DNA of 64,000 bases from Eledone cirrhosa (Eukaryota), in contig OZ024742.1 of the NCBI GenBank assembly GCA_964016885.1, positions 220,658,001 to 220,722,000 on the forward strand, in the 5' to 3' direction. The number at the start of each line of letters is the position of its first letter. Positions within the stretch are counted from its first letter, which is position 1. Under the pieces are notes generated by a model that saw only the letters and a list, made by a program, of their open reading frames with translations, had not been told where the DNA came from and ran no database searches. Both the position numbers and the translations under genes were made by a program. This document shows positions 25,400-37,254 of the stretch, in pieces.

Positions 25400-26592
25400 T
25401 AGAGAGGAGTCCTTTGATTCTCGTCCGGCAGCGGGAGGTGAATTTATCTTTATCTTTGACATTGTCATTGAGTGTTCAGATTGCTGATTTTCCTGTAAAA
25501 ACCCTCGTCATTCAACTGTTCTAAGACCATATCCTTGTAGTGGTTTTTGTCCATGATGACGATTGTTCCACCTTTGTCCGCTTCTTTTATGATTATTGAG
25601 AAGTCTCTTTGTAAGTTGTTGAGTGTAGGAATGTTGATCTGTAGGAATGCTGCATTTGTGTTTCGTCTTTGCAATATTTGATCGACATAGGCAGGTTATA
25701 TATTCTTCCAGGTGTTTGTCTCTATTTAATGGGGGCTTGAAGTTCTTTTTGTTTTTCACTAGTGATTCCTCCTCGTATTCTACACCCTGGGAGAATTCTC
25801 CTAGACGTAATTTTTGCCAAAAATCTTCTGTGTCTTTCATAAGGTTGGCTTGATTTGCTCTCGGAGTGGGTGTGAATTTCAGTCCATTTTCTAGCAGTTT
25901 GATTTCCTGTTGTGTTAGTTTCTTGGCCGATATGCTGATTATTTTTAGTTCCTTTGGGGTTTTCTTGTCCTTGCCACTTGAAGGCTGGTGTTTTTTTCTT
26001 TTTTTCCTTCATTTGGGGGGAGGCACCTTGTCCTAAAAAATAATTCCCATTTGAGATAGGGATGTTTCTGTTGTGGTGAAATATACTGTTCGCTGGCATT
26101 TCGTGTTGATAATTTTCTGAACGGTAGGATCTTATTTGGTGGTTGATATATGGGGGTCTGGTTCTTCTGCTGCTCCTTTCAGAACATGCGGAGAGGGAAA
26201 ATTCAATATTTTCCCCTTTAAGATATGGTCGGACAACGACCATTTCCGGAAATATAAAGAAGAATTCTTCATTAGAAGGTACAAACCGCTACTGAACACA
26301 CACAAAAAAAATGATATTCCATCTTCAAATAACGGGATTTCCCCCCCTTTCTCTTATCTTAAAAGAAATCGCATATTGAAAAAAGAAAAATATCCAAATA
26401 GAAGTGGATGACACCCGCACTTTCAATCATTGAAACGAAGAACAACCCTCGGAGGTACACTACCATTTCATTAACCCCCCCCCCCCAATTTATATGTGAA
26501 CTTAAATACTTGAGTAGATGTGTATACATATGTGTGTATATGTCTGTATGCATGTGTGTGTATAAATATATATGTATATATATACATGTATA

Positions 26593-26686
<94 letters not shown>

Positions 26687-26900
26687 CATACACACACACA
26701 CATGTCTGATCGAACCTATATATGAGGTCTGATAGTATATAGTTATGTAACTGCTATAGATCAGACAATATGTCAATATGGTCAACCCTCCGAAACGATC
26801 GTAAAACAATGATATGAATAGGTAAAATAACTCGACTTTATTGTTTTTATTTTCATTGTTAAATTAATACCTAATATCTGACTCTGTATCTAAGAAATGA
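25400..26900 (-). mobile_element. Penelope-like element: ORF N-part (minus) joined to an inverted GIY-YIG C-terminus/3' region (plus, from about 26170)
   Basis: Minus: LLENGLKFTPTP and IIIKEADKGGTIVIMDK. Plus: FRTCGEGKFNIFPF..RKYKEEFFIRRYKPLLN. Confidence 0.8.
26560..26700. repeat. (TA)n microsatellite (others at 27057-27116, 27425-27510, 55353-55430)
   Basis: Directly visible. Confidence 0.95.
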
Positions 26901-27050
26901 ACCCAGCGGAACACAGAACTTCTCTATGGATTTCACTGGGTTACTCGCCGTCGGATTACATTGAGCTCTATCTACGCTACAGACCCTATCACCAGAGGCA
27001 GACCACGCTGAAAAATATATATGTATATATGTATATGCATATATGAGTAG

Positions 27051-27119
<69 letters not shown>

Positions 27120-27323
27120 GGAGGTGAGTTTTATTGTAGTACAATAAAGCAATGCAGATATCGGATAAGAAGCACTCTACAGTTTGTAGGACTGGAGTAT
27201 ACATAATATATAAGATCAAAAGATGGTTAAAAGAGTTCCATGTATTTTATTATGCGCATTTCAATATGTTGATTTAAAACTGCACTATCCACAAGTGTTT
27301 TTAACCTTCATATCATGTCTTCC

Positions 27324-27394
27324 TATTTTATCTGATGAAAACACAAATGTTATTGCATGATGATATTTGTTTTTGAAATGCGCATAATAAAATA
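27324..27394 (+). ncRNA. Minimal type I hammerhead ribozyme
   Basis: Stem I tattttat/ataaaata, CUGAUGA (27332-27338), stem II aaa.acaaatgtta/tgatatttgt.ttt, GAAA (27375-27378), palindromic stem III UGCGCA, then UA. Confidence 0.85.
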
Positions 27395-27422
27395 CATGGA
27401 ACTCTTTTAACCATCTTTTGAT

Positions 27423-27513
<91 letters not shown>

Positions 27514-27553
27514 CAAAATGTTAATAAATGAAAAATCTTCTCATAATCAAAAT

Positions 27554-27622
27554 ATATATTTTATTATACATATTTCAAAGGTACTATGGTGTTTAAGTAC
27601 GTTTTCATCAGACAAAATATAT
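27554..27622 (-). ncRNA. Minimal type I hammerhead ribozyme (slightly decayed)
   Basis: Minus strand: atatattttgt CUGAUGA aaac-gtact-loop-agtac-cttt GAAA UAUGUA UA ataaaatatat; stem III is one change from palindromic UACGUA. Confidence 0.75.
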
Positions 27623-28018
27623 GATTTGATATGTGACATACCGCTACGGTTTTGATTATTCAATTCCAGTATTGGAAGTGATTTATTTCATCAAATCTCA
27701 ACGTTTTTATACCACAAATAATATGATAAACTTAAAGAAGAAAAGGACGTAGAGCAAATTAGAAATATTAGAGGGTGGGGTGCAAAGAAGAGGAAAAGGC
27801 AAGAAATAAGTAAATGAATAACTAAATGAATAAATAAATAAATAAATGGATAAATGAATAAAAGAAGAAATGAAATATATAAAAGAAAAGAGGAATAAAG
27901 ACAAAAGAGAGGGAAGATGTGGGGTGAGTAAAGAGGAAACGAAGGGGAATAAAGAACAACGAAGAAAAAGAAGAAGAAAACATGAAATAGAAGAGAATAA
28001 AAAACCGTTGTTTTCAAA

Positions 28019-28417
28019 TCTCCTTGTAATATATAACCAGCAATTTCTCTGTCTGTCTGTCCGACAGTGGAAACACGTGCGCGCGGGCGAATGTTTTTTG
28101 CGCACGCGTAGAGAGAGAGTGAGAGTGAAAGAAAGAGACAGACTACGAAAGGGGGATAGCGGAAGGGTGAGAGGGGGAATTGAGGAGTGCTACAGAAACA
28201 TATATACATTTCTGTGTGTGTGTAATATATATATATATATATATACACACACAGAAATATATACACACAGAAATATATATACATTTCTGTGTGTGTAATA
28301 TATATATATACACACACAGAAATATATATATATACACACAGAAATATAAATACATTTCTGTGTGTGTAATATATATATATACTAGTAGAAAACCACCCGG
28401 GGGCGGTTTTCTGCTAG
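28019..28417 (+). mobile_element. Non-autonomous Helitron-like unit B
   Basis: A|TC start tctccttgtaatatataaccagcaatttct (repeated at 35123); ends in a hairpin and CTAG. Confidence 0.6.
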
Positions 28418-28660
28418 TCTATATATATAAAACTGAGGTTGTCTGTCTGTCTACTAAAACGGTCGGCACACATCTCCTCCTAAACCGTACGTTCAAATTT
28501 CGGTGAAATTGCTACACTTATAAATGAAGGTCCGGCGGAGACATCGGTCAACAAGATTTTCAAATCGACCCACGCCAAGTGCAAAAATCGAATTTGTAAT
28601 GTATTGATTTTTCAGTTCAAATAGAGATGAGAGACGAGTTATTTCCCTTTTATGGCGTCA

Positions 28661-29782
28661 TCTATCTATATATTAATTTGAACAACGTCAGTATTCCGTG
28701 TGTCATAATTCTCGATTATCATTGGTTCATAGGTTTCAAACGACTCCGCCCACCTCAACGACGCCAAACTTGAATTAATACGCATAATGCCAATGAGGGA
28801 GTGAGAGGGGAGAGTAAGAAACAGAAAGGTAAAGTGAACGCTGTAACTATTACCATGTGTGCGTGTGTATGTACGTGCGCGTATGTTTGTGTGTGTGCGT
28901 GCGTGCAGCGTTCCACAGAAAGTAAAAACAATATGTGTGGGTGTGTAAGTGCACGGGTGTGTGTGTAAGTTTGCGTGCGTGTGCGCGTTTCCATGCGTGT
29001 ATGTGTGTGTACGTGGGGCGTTCCACAATCGCCACGCAGTTTATCTGTCTGTGTGCCTGTCTGTTAGTCTAACATACACAGAGTTGTGAAAGGAGTAAAT
29101 AGGGACCTTTTTTTATATTGACAGACATCTTTTATATTTATTATTGTGTCATTTTTTGACAATTGCTCGAAATGAATACTGATAATAAAATCAATTCGAC
29201 TTTATCAAACAGTGAACTACAGCGGCGACGGCGTGCAGCCAGGAATGAAGAAAAACGGGCCGAACAGCGCCATCGGAACGCCGAACTTAAGAGGCGAAGA
29301 CGTGCCGCCATGAATGAAGAGGAACTGGCTGAACAACGCCAACGAAACACTGGAGCCAATCAGTGACGGCGTGCTGCGATGGTTGAAGACGAACTGGCTG
29401 AGCATCATCTTTTATATTAATTATCTATATCTATATCTACATATAATATAAAAGATTGGAACTTCCATCATCCTTTTGAGAAACGTGGAACAACCACGTC
29501 TATGCAATGATACACGTTTTACAGTCAGGCAGAAGATGAACCATCTCCTAGAGGTCACTATTCTAGGTGGGAGCACCTAGAATTGTTCATATACTATGCA
29601 CAAACGGTACAACGAAGAATCTGGTATATCTGGAAGATTTTTTTTACTGTTTTCTTTATCACACAGACACCACGGACTCGCCTCATACTGTAACCAGACA
29701 AACATCCAATACAGTCATTTTCTCTTTTACCTGTCTTCTCTTATCATCTGTTTACCCGAGCGAAGCTGGGTACGTCAGCTAG
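28661..29782 (+). mobile_element. Internally deleted Helitron C with RepHel N- and C-terminal relics
   Basis: Inserted A|TC..CTAG|T; hairpin tacccgagcgaagctgggta; charged RRRRAA repeat ORF 29163-29366; VGAP..NGTTKNLVY C-terminal motif at 29567-29640. Confidence 0.85.
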
Positions 29783-29878
29783 TATATATAAAATTCTGTC
29801 TATCTATTTACGTTACGAATATACGACGCGTGCAAAAGTACAAAAATACGCGAACAGTTTTCGGCCCAGCAAAATTTT

Positions 29879-29881
<3 letters not shown>

Positions 29882-29936
<55 letters not shown>

Positions 29937-29953
29937 ACAACAACAACAACAGC

Positions 29954-29984
<31 letters not shown>

Positions 29985-32900
29985 CGCAAACATAACCAAA
30001 ACAAGAACAACAAACCAAACTGCAAGCACAGTCCCACCCAACCCTACTCCACTTAAAACCACTGCAAAAACACCCACAAATACAACAGCTCTCCAAAACA
30101 TACCCCTTCCAAATAACACAGACACCACAACGGACGAGGCCCTCTCATCATCACCAAGTAACGACGAGGGAGAACCTCTCTGCCCGAAAAGAAAGAAGAA
30201 AAGACACCACAAGAACAAAAAGCAACAAACATCACTACAAACATACAACCACCAACACAAACAACACAAACATTACAAACAAAAACCCCCCGCCCCGAAA
30301 ACAAAACCACGACATCACTCCAAACACAAACACCTGCAACTAAACGAAAGCTCACACAAGAACAACAGACAAAAACCAACACAACACGACAAGAACATTA
30401 CACATACATAAACAATGACAACAAAACTTTAATGGAGGTCATCTCCCACGACCCTTCGGTGAAAACCGAAGGGAAAACTTTTTCGAACTTTGAGAGACAG
30501 ACCTAATTTAAAGGTGATTAGGTTTCCTACGGACACCTATAAGTCTTTAAAGGAAAACTTTCCTAAGGACGTGGGTAATCCTTGTGTTAAACCCATTAAA
30601 CGCGTCCTTTTAAAATGTTTCCCCACCCTCACCCCAGACACCCCCGCCCCATCAGACACCCTCTCCCCACCAAACATCTCCGTCCCCACCCCGCCGGAAA
30701 CCACCACCCACCCAGACAACTCCTCCACACCCCCATGGAAATCGTGCAATCCGGAGACGAAGAGGTGAGTGATTTCTTTTCCTCTTCTTTTAACTTTTCA
30801 GCACCAACATGGCCAATATAAGAGTTGGATGTATGAATGTACGCGGCCTGGGGATGCCCTGGAAACAGGGCAAACTCTCAAACGACCTCAGGTCGCACAG
30901 TATGGATGTAGTAACCATTTGCGAGTCCAGGATCCACAGCGAGAGACAGCTGGCCCCCATCTTCGACGACTTTGATATCTACGCATCTCTCTGTCAGCCG
31001 AGAAGTGGGGGCGGGGTTGCCGTTTTGCTGCGGAAACACCTGGACCTCGTAACACAGACGATACATCTGGACCCGGAGGGTCAACTGGTGGTCCTAGACG
31101 TTGACGGTAGTGAAGGTGGAGCCTTCAGGCTGGTGGCCGCATATGCCCCATCCGGGACACCGCGGCCAGACTTCTTCAAACGTCTAGAGACTTTTCTGGG
31201 AACGTCCCGCTCCTTTCTTTTAGTAGGAGACTGGAATGGAATCCTAGATGCACGTTGGGACTATGTGGGAGCATGTCCCGATAAGGGGGGGGGGTGTAAC
31301 AGCCTCAAACAGTTAATCGGCCGATTTGACCTGGCCGATAGATATCGACTAGATTTTGATTTTCCGACTGTGCCACTGTGGACGTGGAGTAACCTCAGCG
31401 GAACATCTAGATCGTACCTAGATAGGGTTCTAATTAGAAATAAAGATAGGATCAGATCACAAACTAGTGTCCTGCATGGTCAACCTTGATAGAACCCATA
31501 GACAAGGACTCGGCTACTGGAAGCTGAACTTGTCTTTACCGACATACAAAGTCTACAGTAGACGGATTAGCACTTTAGTTAAACAGCACTTGACAGGGGC
31601 CATTGTCAACAACAGATGGTGTTACTCTCTCAAGAGGGCAGTTAGATTAGACTCGTTAGTTTTTAGTAAAGAATTAGCGTTAAATAGAAATAGGACCGAG
31701 AAGGAACTGATAGATAAAGTAGAAGAGGCAATTAGAAGTGGCAACGTAGCCAGCGTGCTAGCAACGAGAACGGCCTTGGACCAGTTCTTCGACGCAAAGC
31801 ACGAGGGCTGCGTTATCAGAAGCAAAATACGTGCTCTGGGTAACGAGGGAGCCAAAGCTGTTAGCTGGGCCCGGATGACGGAGGCAAAAAGTGGCAACAA
31901 GTCCACGATTTGGTCTTTGAAGGACCAAGACGGACGCGTGATACGTGAGCCGAAGCAGATGTGCGCGGCCTTTCAGCGGCACTTTGCTCAGCTGTTCGGG
32001 CAGGGCGGCGTGCCGGGAGGGGGTATGGATTTCGGTCCATACCTCGACGTCCTACCGCGACTCTCGGACAGCGAGGCGAAGTTCTGCGAAAAGCCGATTT
32101 CAGCCGCTGAAATAGGGGACGCGCTGAGCCAATGCGGCAAACGCAAATCTCCAGGTCTCGAGGGTCTACCCTACGAATTTTACGTAGCAATGCCGGACTT
32201 GTTCTCCGGTCTCCTGCAACTGGCAGCAGAACGGGAGAATTCCCAGTTCTGTGACCAGGGGCGTAGTCACACTAGTCAGGAAGGACGAGAATAAGGGGGA
32301 TGACATAGGCAACTTCCGGCCCATAACTCTGATAAACACAGAGTTACAGATTTTGGCCAAGGTGTTGGCAAAGAGGCTGGCGCTTGTCGTCGAAAACCTG
32401 GTGGGAGAAGCGCAGACATGCACAATTCCGACTAGGTCCATACACGACAACCTCCACCTCGTGCGATATATCATAGAGAGGGTAGGGTGTAAACCCGGCT
32501 TCGGTGGGGCCCTGATCAACTTGGATCAGTCTAAGGCTTTCGATAGGGTTGACCATCGGTACCTGGATGTGGTGCTCGAGGCGGTAGGCTTCGGACCCGT
32601 GTTCAGGGGCTGGATTGCTGCAATGCACAACAGCAACATCTGCTCAAGGGTCAAGGTGAACGGCTACCTATCGGAGCCGTTCCATATCACGCGATCTATT
32701 CGACAAGGATGCCCTCTCTCCTCCCTTCTGTACGTACTGACTCTCGAGCCACTACTGCGGAAGTTGGAGCTATTGCAGGGCATACCTCTGGAACCGGGTC
32801 TGCGGAAAGCGGCGTCGGCCTACGCCGACGACGTAACAGTAATGGTGTTGAGCACCTCGCAAATCGAGGAAGGTGGCACCTTACTGAAGGAATACGAAAG

Positions 32901-34446
32901 GTTCACAGGAGCGAAGCTGAACCGGGACAAGTCCATCGGTTTTCAGCTCAGATCGTGGAGAGGCAAACCGATGCCTTCCGATGGCGTCGTCGGACGCTGC
33001 ACGGAAGGACCGGTAAAGCTGTTTGGGATCTGGTTTGGTCTGGACCTCCAGGTGGAGAAGAACTGGAACGAGGTGACGGCCAAGGTTTTTGCACTCACCC
33101 AGAAGTGGGCCGACTGCAAACTATCCTTGAAAGGTCGAGCGGAGCTGGCGAACACTTTTATAGCGTCCGTCATCTACTACCGCTTGACCGTCGTGCCTTG
33201 TCCAGCCAAAACGCTCACCAAAATGGAGCGCGCGCTCTTCCAATTCCTTTGGAAGAAGCGGGCTCCTTTGGTGAGAAGATCCATCTGCTGCCAACACCCT
33301 TCCAACGGAGGGCTGGGGATGCCGTGGCTAACGATGCGCAAACACGCGCTCAGGCTGCGGCATCTCTACGTATTCCTCACCGGACAACCGGTGTGGGCCC
33401 CGTTCGTGAGGCGAGCTTTCCCACGACTCATCTCGCTGATTGATCTGCAGTCCTGGGTCAAGCAAAGACCGAGGAAAATGGGCGACTGGCACATCGAATG
33501 TGCTTAGGCGCTCACAGCCCTCTGGCAGGCGGACCCGGCGACCAGTGGAGACTCCATTTCGTCATTCTATAGAGGGTTGATACGCAGCAAGTGCGATGAC
33601 GCGCTCGGAGAAGCTCTGGGCGTAGAGAAAGACGAACTGGCCAGTCTGTTCGGTCGGACCTTCCGCCCGGGACCGATGGACAACTTCCAAAAGTCCCTGG
33701 CCTGGCAGTGCTACCGAGGAGCTCTACCAGTTCGAGACAAGCTCTACAGGCATGGGCGCCCGGGCAGGGACCCTTCGAAAAAGATCTGTCCGAGATGCGT
33801 GCGAGACGAAGAAACCGTCTCGCACGTATTCATACATCGCCCGGGCTTTACCGACCTCTGGGGCTATGTAGAACGACTATTGTCGCGGGTGGGACCAATC
33901 CGGTTGACCACCGAGTCCATTGTCATGATCAAACCGCCACCCTCCTTCAAAAACGAAGGAGAGGCGGTTTTCCTTTGTGTGATTGTGATAGCTATGACGA
34001 AAGAGGTTATATGGTGGACAAGGTTAAAAGGGCTGAGGTCAGACACCTATCTCTCCGGCCAACAACTGATTCTTTTTTTCAAAAACCACTTTGGAGAATA
34101 ATCAGGATGGAGAGAGAGGTGCTGTACCCCAGCAAGTTTTATGGAAGGTGGGTGAAAGTGGCAAGAATGGCCCGAGTGAATGGGCCTTCTCTCTATATCA
34201 GCCTGTAGGTTGAGGAAAAAGAGGAAGAGAGGAAAGGGGTACAAACTCTTCGTACTCCTGGAGATGGGGGTTGCACATTTTTTCGGGGGTATGTGTTACC
34301 CATATGAAATATCTCCCCCTATTGGGGAAAAAGGATTAACTTTGAAATTGCATTTGTGATAATATTATACACGTTTTTATTGTATGTAAACTTCCTCCTT
34401 TGTATTTGTCCCCTTCTTTTGTGTCCCTGTGGCTAATAAAGAAACA
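29882..34446 (+). mobile_element. 5'-truncated Tx1/L1-like LINE: ORF1 C-half and frameshifted ORF2 (APE-RT-Cys motif)
   Basis: ORF2 from ATG 30809: MNVRGL, GDWN, YLDRVL; RT FRPITLIN, DQSKAFDRV, RQGCPLS, YADD; CPRC..ET..H; aataaa at the 3' end; (CAA)n at the 5' end. Confidence 0.93.
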
Positions 34447-35122
34447 TATCTATTTACGTTACGAATATACGACGCGTGCAAAAGTACAAAAATACGCGAA
34501 CAGTTTTCGGACCAGCAAAATTTTAACCTGCAAAATTCATGAGTTCGAAGTTTCAACATTAAGCATCCATTTTCCTTCATTTCCATTAAAAAAGTCTTTT
34601 AAAACAATATTTTTATTTGAAAACAAGCCTATTTGAATACACCGTAAAACAAGCAAATATTTTGTAAAAAAAGCATTGATCTATATATATATATATAATC
34701 TCGAATAAAGCCTTATGAGATTTTCATTTAGAAGCAATGATTTTAAACGACAGGCAGATAACGCATTTTTTGTTTGTTTTTCATGTCCCTCCAATTTCTT
34801 TGTTTCAAAATAACTGATAGTTTGGTTACGCTGATCTATTTCTCTGAGACAAGTGTTGCAGTGTTTACATTTTCGATTTGTATTAATAGATTACCAGTGC
34901 AGTTTTTATCCCCAGCATCCTCTTTTGTTTTAACGTTCAGGTTATGGTTATGTTTTCTTAACTTCATAAGGCATACTGTTGGTTGAGGGAATATTAATCA
35001 AAAGTACCACATGAAAGTCTACACTGTAGACTCTACAGTTTTTAAGCCAAGAAAGGAACTTAACATTGAAACTTTAACACAGCTACTGAGCAGCTCCGAG
35101 CAACGCCGGGCTTTACTGCTAG

Positions 35123-35400
35123 TCTCCTTATAATATATAACCAGCAATTTCTATGTCTGTCTGTCCGACAGTGGAAACACGTGCGCGCGTGGTTGCTATC
35201 TCTCTCTCTCTCCAGCTATCCCTCTCTTTTAGTCTGTCTGTTTCTCTCACTCTCACTCTTTCTCTTTGTAACACACTAACATTCCTCCCCTCTATTGCTG
35301 TGACGAATGGGGAGATGGAGGAGGAGGAGAGAGTTTACTTCGTCACTTCACCTCTGCCTTTCTTTCTCTCCTCTCTCACTCCCTCATTACGTACAGACAT
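35123..35400 (+). mobile_element. Helitron-like unit B, 5' part
   Basis: First ~65 nt match 28019-28085 and start immediately after the CTAG of Helitron A. Confidence 0.65.
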
Positions 35401-35572
35401 TAGGGCGGTGGATTGGCAGAATCTGTAGAGAGTCGGACACCATGCTTCATAGCATGGAGTTACGTCCCTTTACGGTCTGAGTTCAAATATCGCCGAGGTT
35501 AACTTTGCCTTTCATCCTCACGGGGTCGATAAAATAAAGTACCAGTAATGTACTGGGTAATTGCTGGCCTTG
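35401..35572 (+). mobile_element. tRNA-derived SINE
   Basis: ggcggtggattggcagaatctgtagag..gagttcaaat..aaataaagtaccagt. Confidence 0.85.
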
Positions 35573-36474
35573 TCTATATATATAAAACTGAGGTTGTCTG
35601 TCTGTCTACTAAAACGGTCGGCACACTTCGCCTCCTAAACCGTACGTTCAAATTTCGGTGAAATTCTACACTTATAGATGAAGATCTGGCGGAGACATCG
35701 GTCAAAACAACTTTCAAATCGACCCACGCCAAGTACAAAAATCGAATTTGTAATGTATTAATTTTTCAGTTCAAATGTATAAATAGAGATAAGAGACGAG
35801 TTATTTCCCTTTTATGGTGTCATTTGCTTATCTATTTATGTTACGTATAAACGACGCGTGCAAAAGTACAAAAATACACAAACAACTTTCGGGCCAGCAA
35901 AATTTTAACCTGCAAAATTAATGAGTTCGAACTTTGAACATTAAGCTTCCATTTTGCTTCATTTCCATTAAAAAGTCTTTTAAAACAATATTTTTACTTG
36001 AAAACAAGCCTATTTGAATACACCGTAAAACAAGCAAATATTTTGTAAAAATAGCATTGATCTCTTATGAGATTTTTATTTAGAAGCGATGATTTTAAAC
36101 GACAGACAGATAACGCATTTTTTGTTTGTTTTTCATGTCCCTCCAATTTCTTTGTTTCAAAATAACTGATAGTTTGGTTACGCTGATCTATTTCTCTGAG
36201 ACAAGTGTTGCAGTGTTTACATTTTCGATTTGTGTTAATAGATTACCAGTGCAGTTTTTATCCCCAGCATCCTCTTTTGTTTTAACATTCGGGTTATTGT
36301 TATGTTTTCTTAACTTCATAAGGCATACTGTTAGTTGAGGAAATATTAATCAAAAGTACCACATGAAAGTCTACACTGTAGACTCTACAATTTTTAAGCC
36401 AAGAAAGGAACTTAACATTGAAACTTTAACACAGCTACTGAGCAGCCTCGAGCAACGCCAGGCTTTACTGCTAG
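35573..36474 (+). mobile_element. Non-autonomous Helitron A, uninterrupted copy (about 900 bp)
   Basis: TC start; 3' cctcgagcaacgccagg hairpin then CTAG|T. Confidence 0.85.
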
Positions 36475-37254
36475 TGCTAGATAAAATAAGAAATCAAAAA
36501 TCTATTTACATATATCCATGAATATCGCTTGTATTGGATTATGTTTTAGCTAATTATACTTTTATATCTAGATTATTAGGTATAAATTACTTTCTATAGC
36601 AATCACATATTTAACTTAATTACAAATTTATATAATTAATTTAGCTCATTATAGATTATTATAATTTTAAATTTTAAGGTAAGATATTCTATTAATATTT
36701 TAATACAACTTTAAAAGAATTAATCTTTAAAACGTATTTAAATAATTATTAAATATGTATTAAAATATAATACCATGCATGTATCCCCATCAATACATAT
36801 AATATATTTTGTTCATTTATTACCAAAATTAATTAATTTTAATTTAGAAATTCGCTTTATAAAAGCTTTACTATTCTTTAATTTTCATTTATTTCTTAGA
36901 ATCGAACTGTGGTTATATTTAGTCTCTATAATTTTATTTCATTTATTTAATGAATGGTTATACTTACTTCTGTATTTAATTATTTTGATATATAGTTTCC
37001 TTTTAATGATAGTCTATAAATTATTAAACTTCATATTTCATATTTAATATGTTTTAACAAGCTAGTCAAAAAGAAATTTTAACGAACAATGTAAAGAAAA
37101 GGAAGATAACTCATTCACCATATAGAAGCATTTATAACTTATCTCTACTCTCCTAGCTTTTGATGGTAAAATTACATCGCTGACACCTATAACCTGAATT
37201 TGAGAGCCTTTCCTCTTAAGGTAATTGAACTCTCTCCATTCGAAGTGGACCTTC

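Larger units (their letters stand above)
28418..35122 (+). mobile_element. Non-autonomous Helitron A interrupted by Helitron C and a Tx1-like LINE
   Basis: TC start tctatatatataaaactgagg; 3' hairpin ccgagcaacgccggg then CTAG|T at 35122; pieces colinear with the uninterrupted copy 35573-36474. Confidence 0.85.

Noticed and set aside
26727-26812. Sixth hammerhead (GAAA-CGATCG-TA)
   Set aside because: The 3' half fits and lies in a PLE terminal region, but I found no CUGANGA with a matching stem I, so it is at best a broken relic.
26359-27219. YI-repeat ORFs
   Set aside because: Translations of (TA)n microsatellites.
27691-28317. 208 aa hydrophobic ORF
   Set aside because: Antisense of purine-rich low-complexity DNA plus microsatellites.
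32709-33443. 244 aa alternative-frame ORF
   Set aside because: Overlaps the GC-rich RT ORF; expected by chance.
37157-37226. AG..GT bounded exon candidate
   Set aside because: Stop codons in all three frames.
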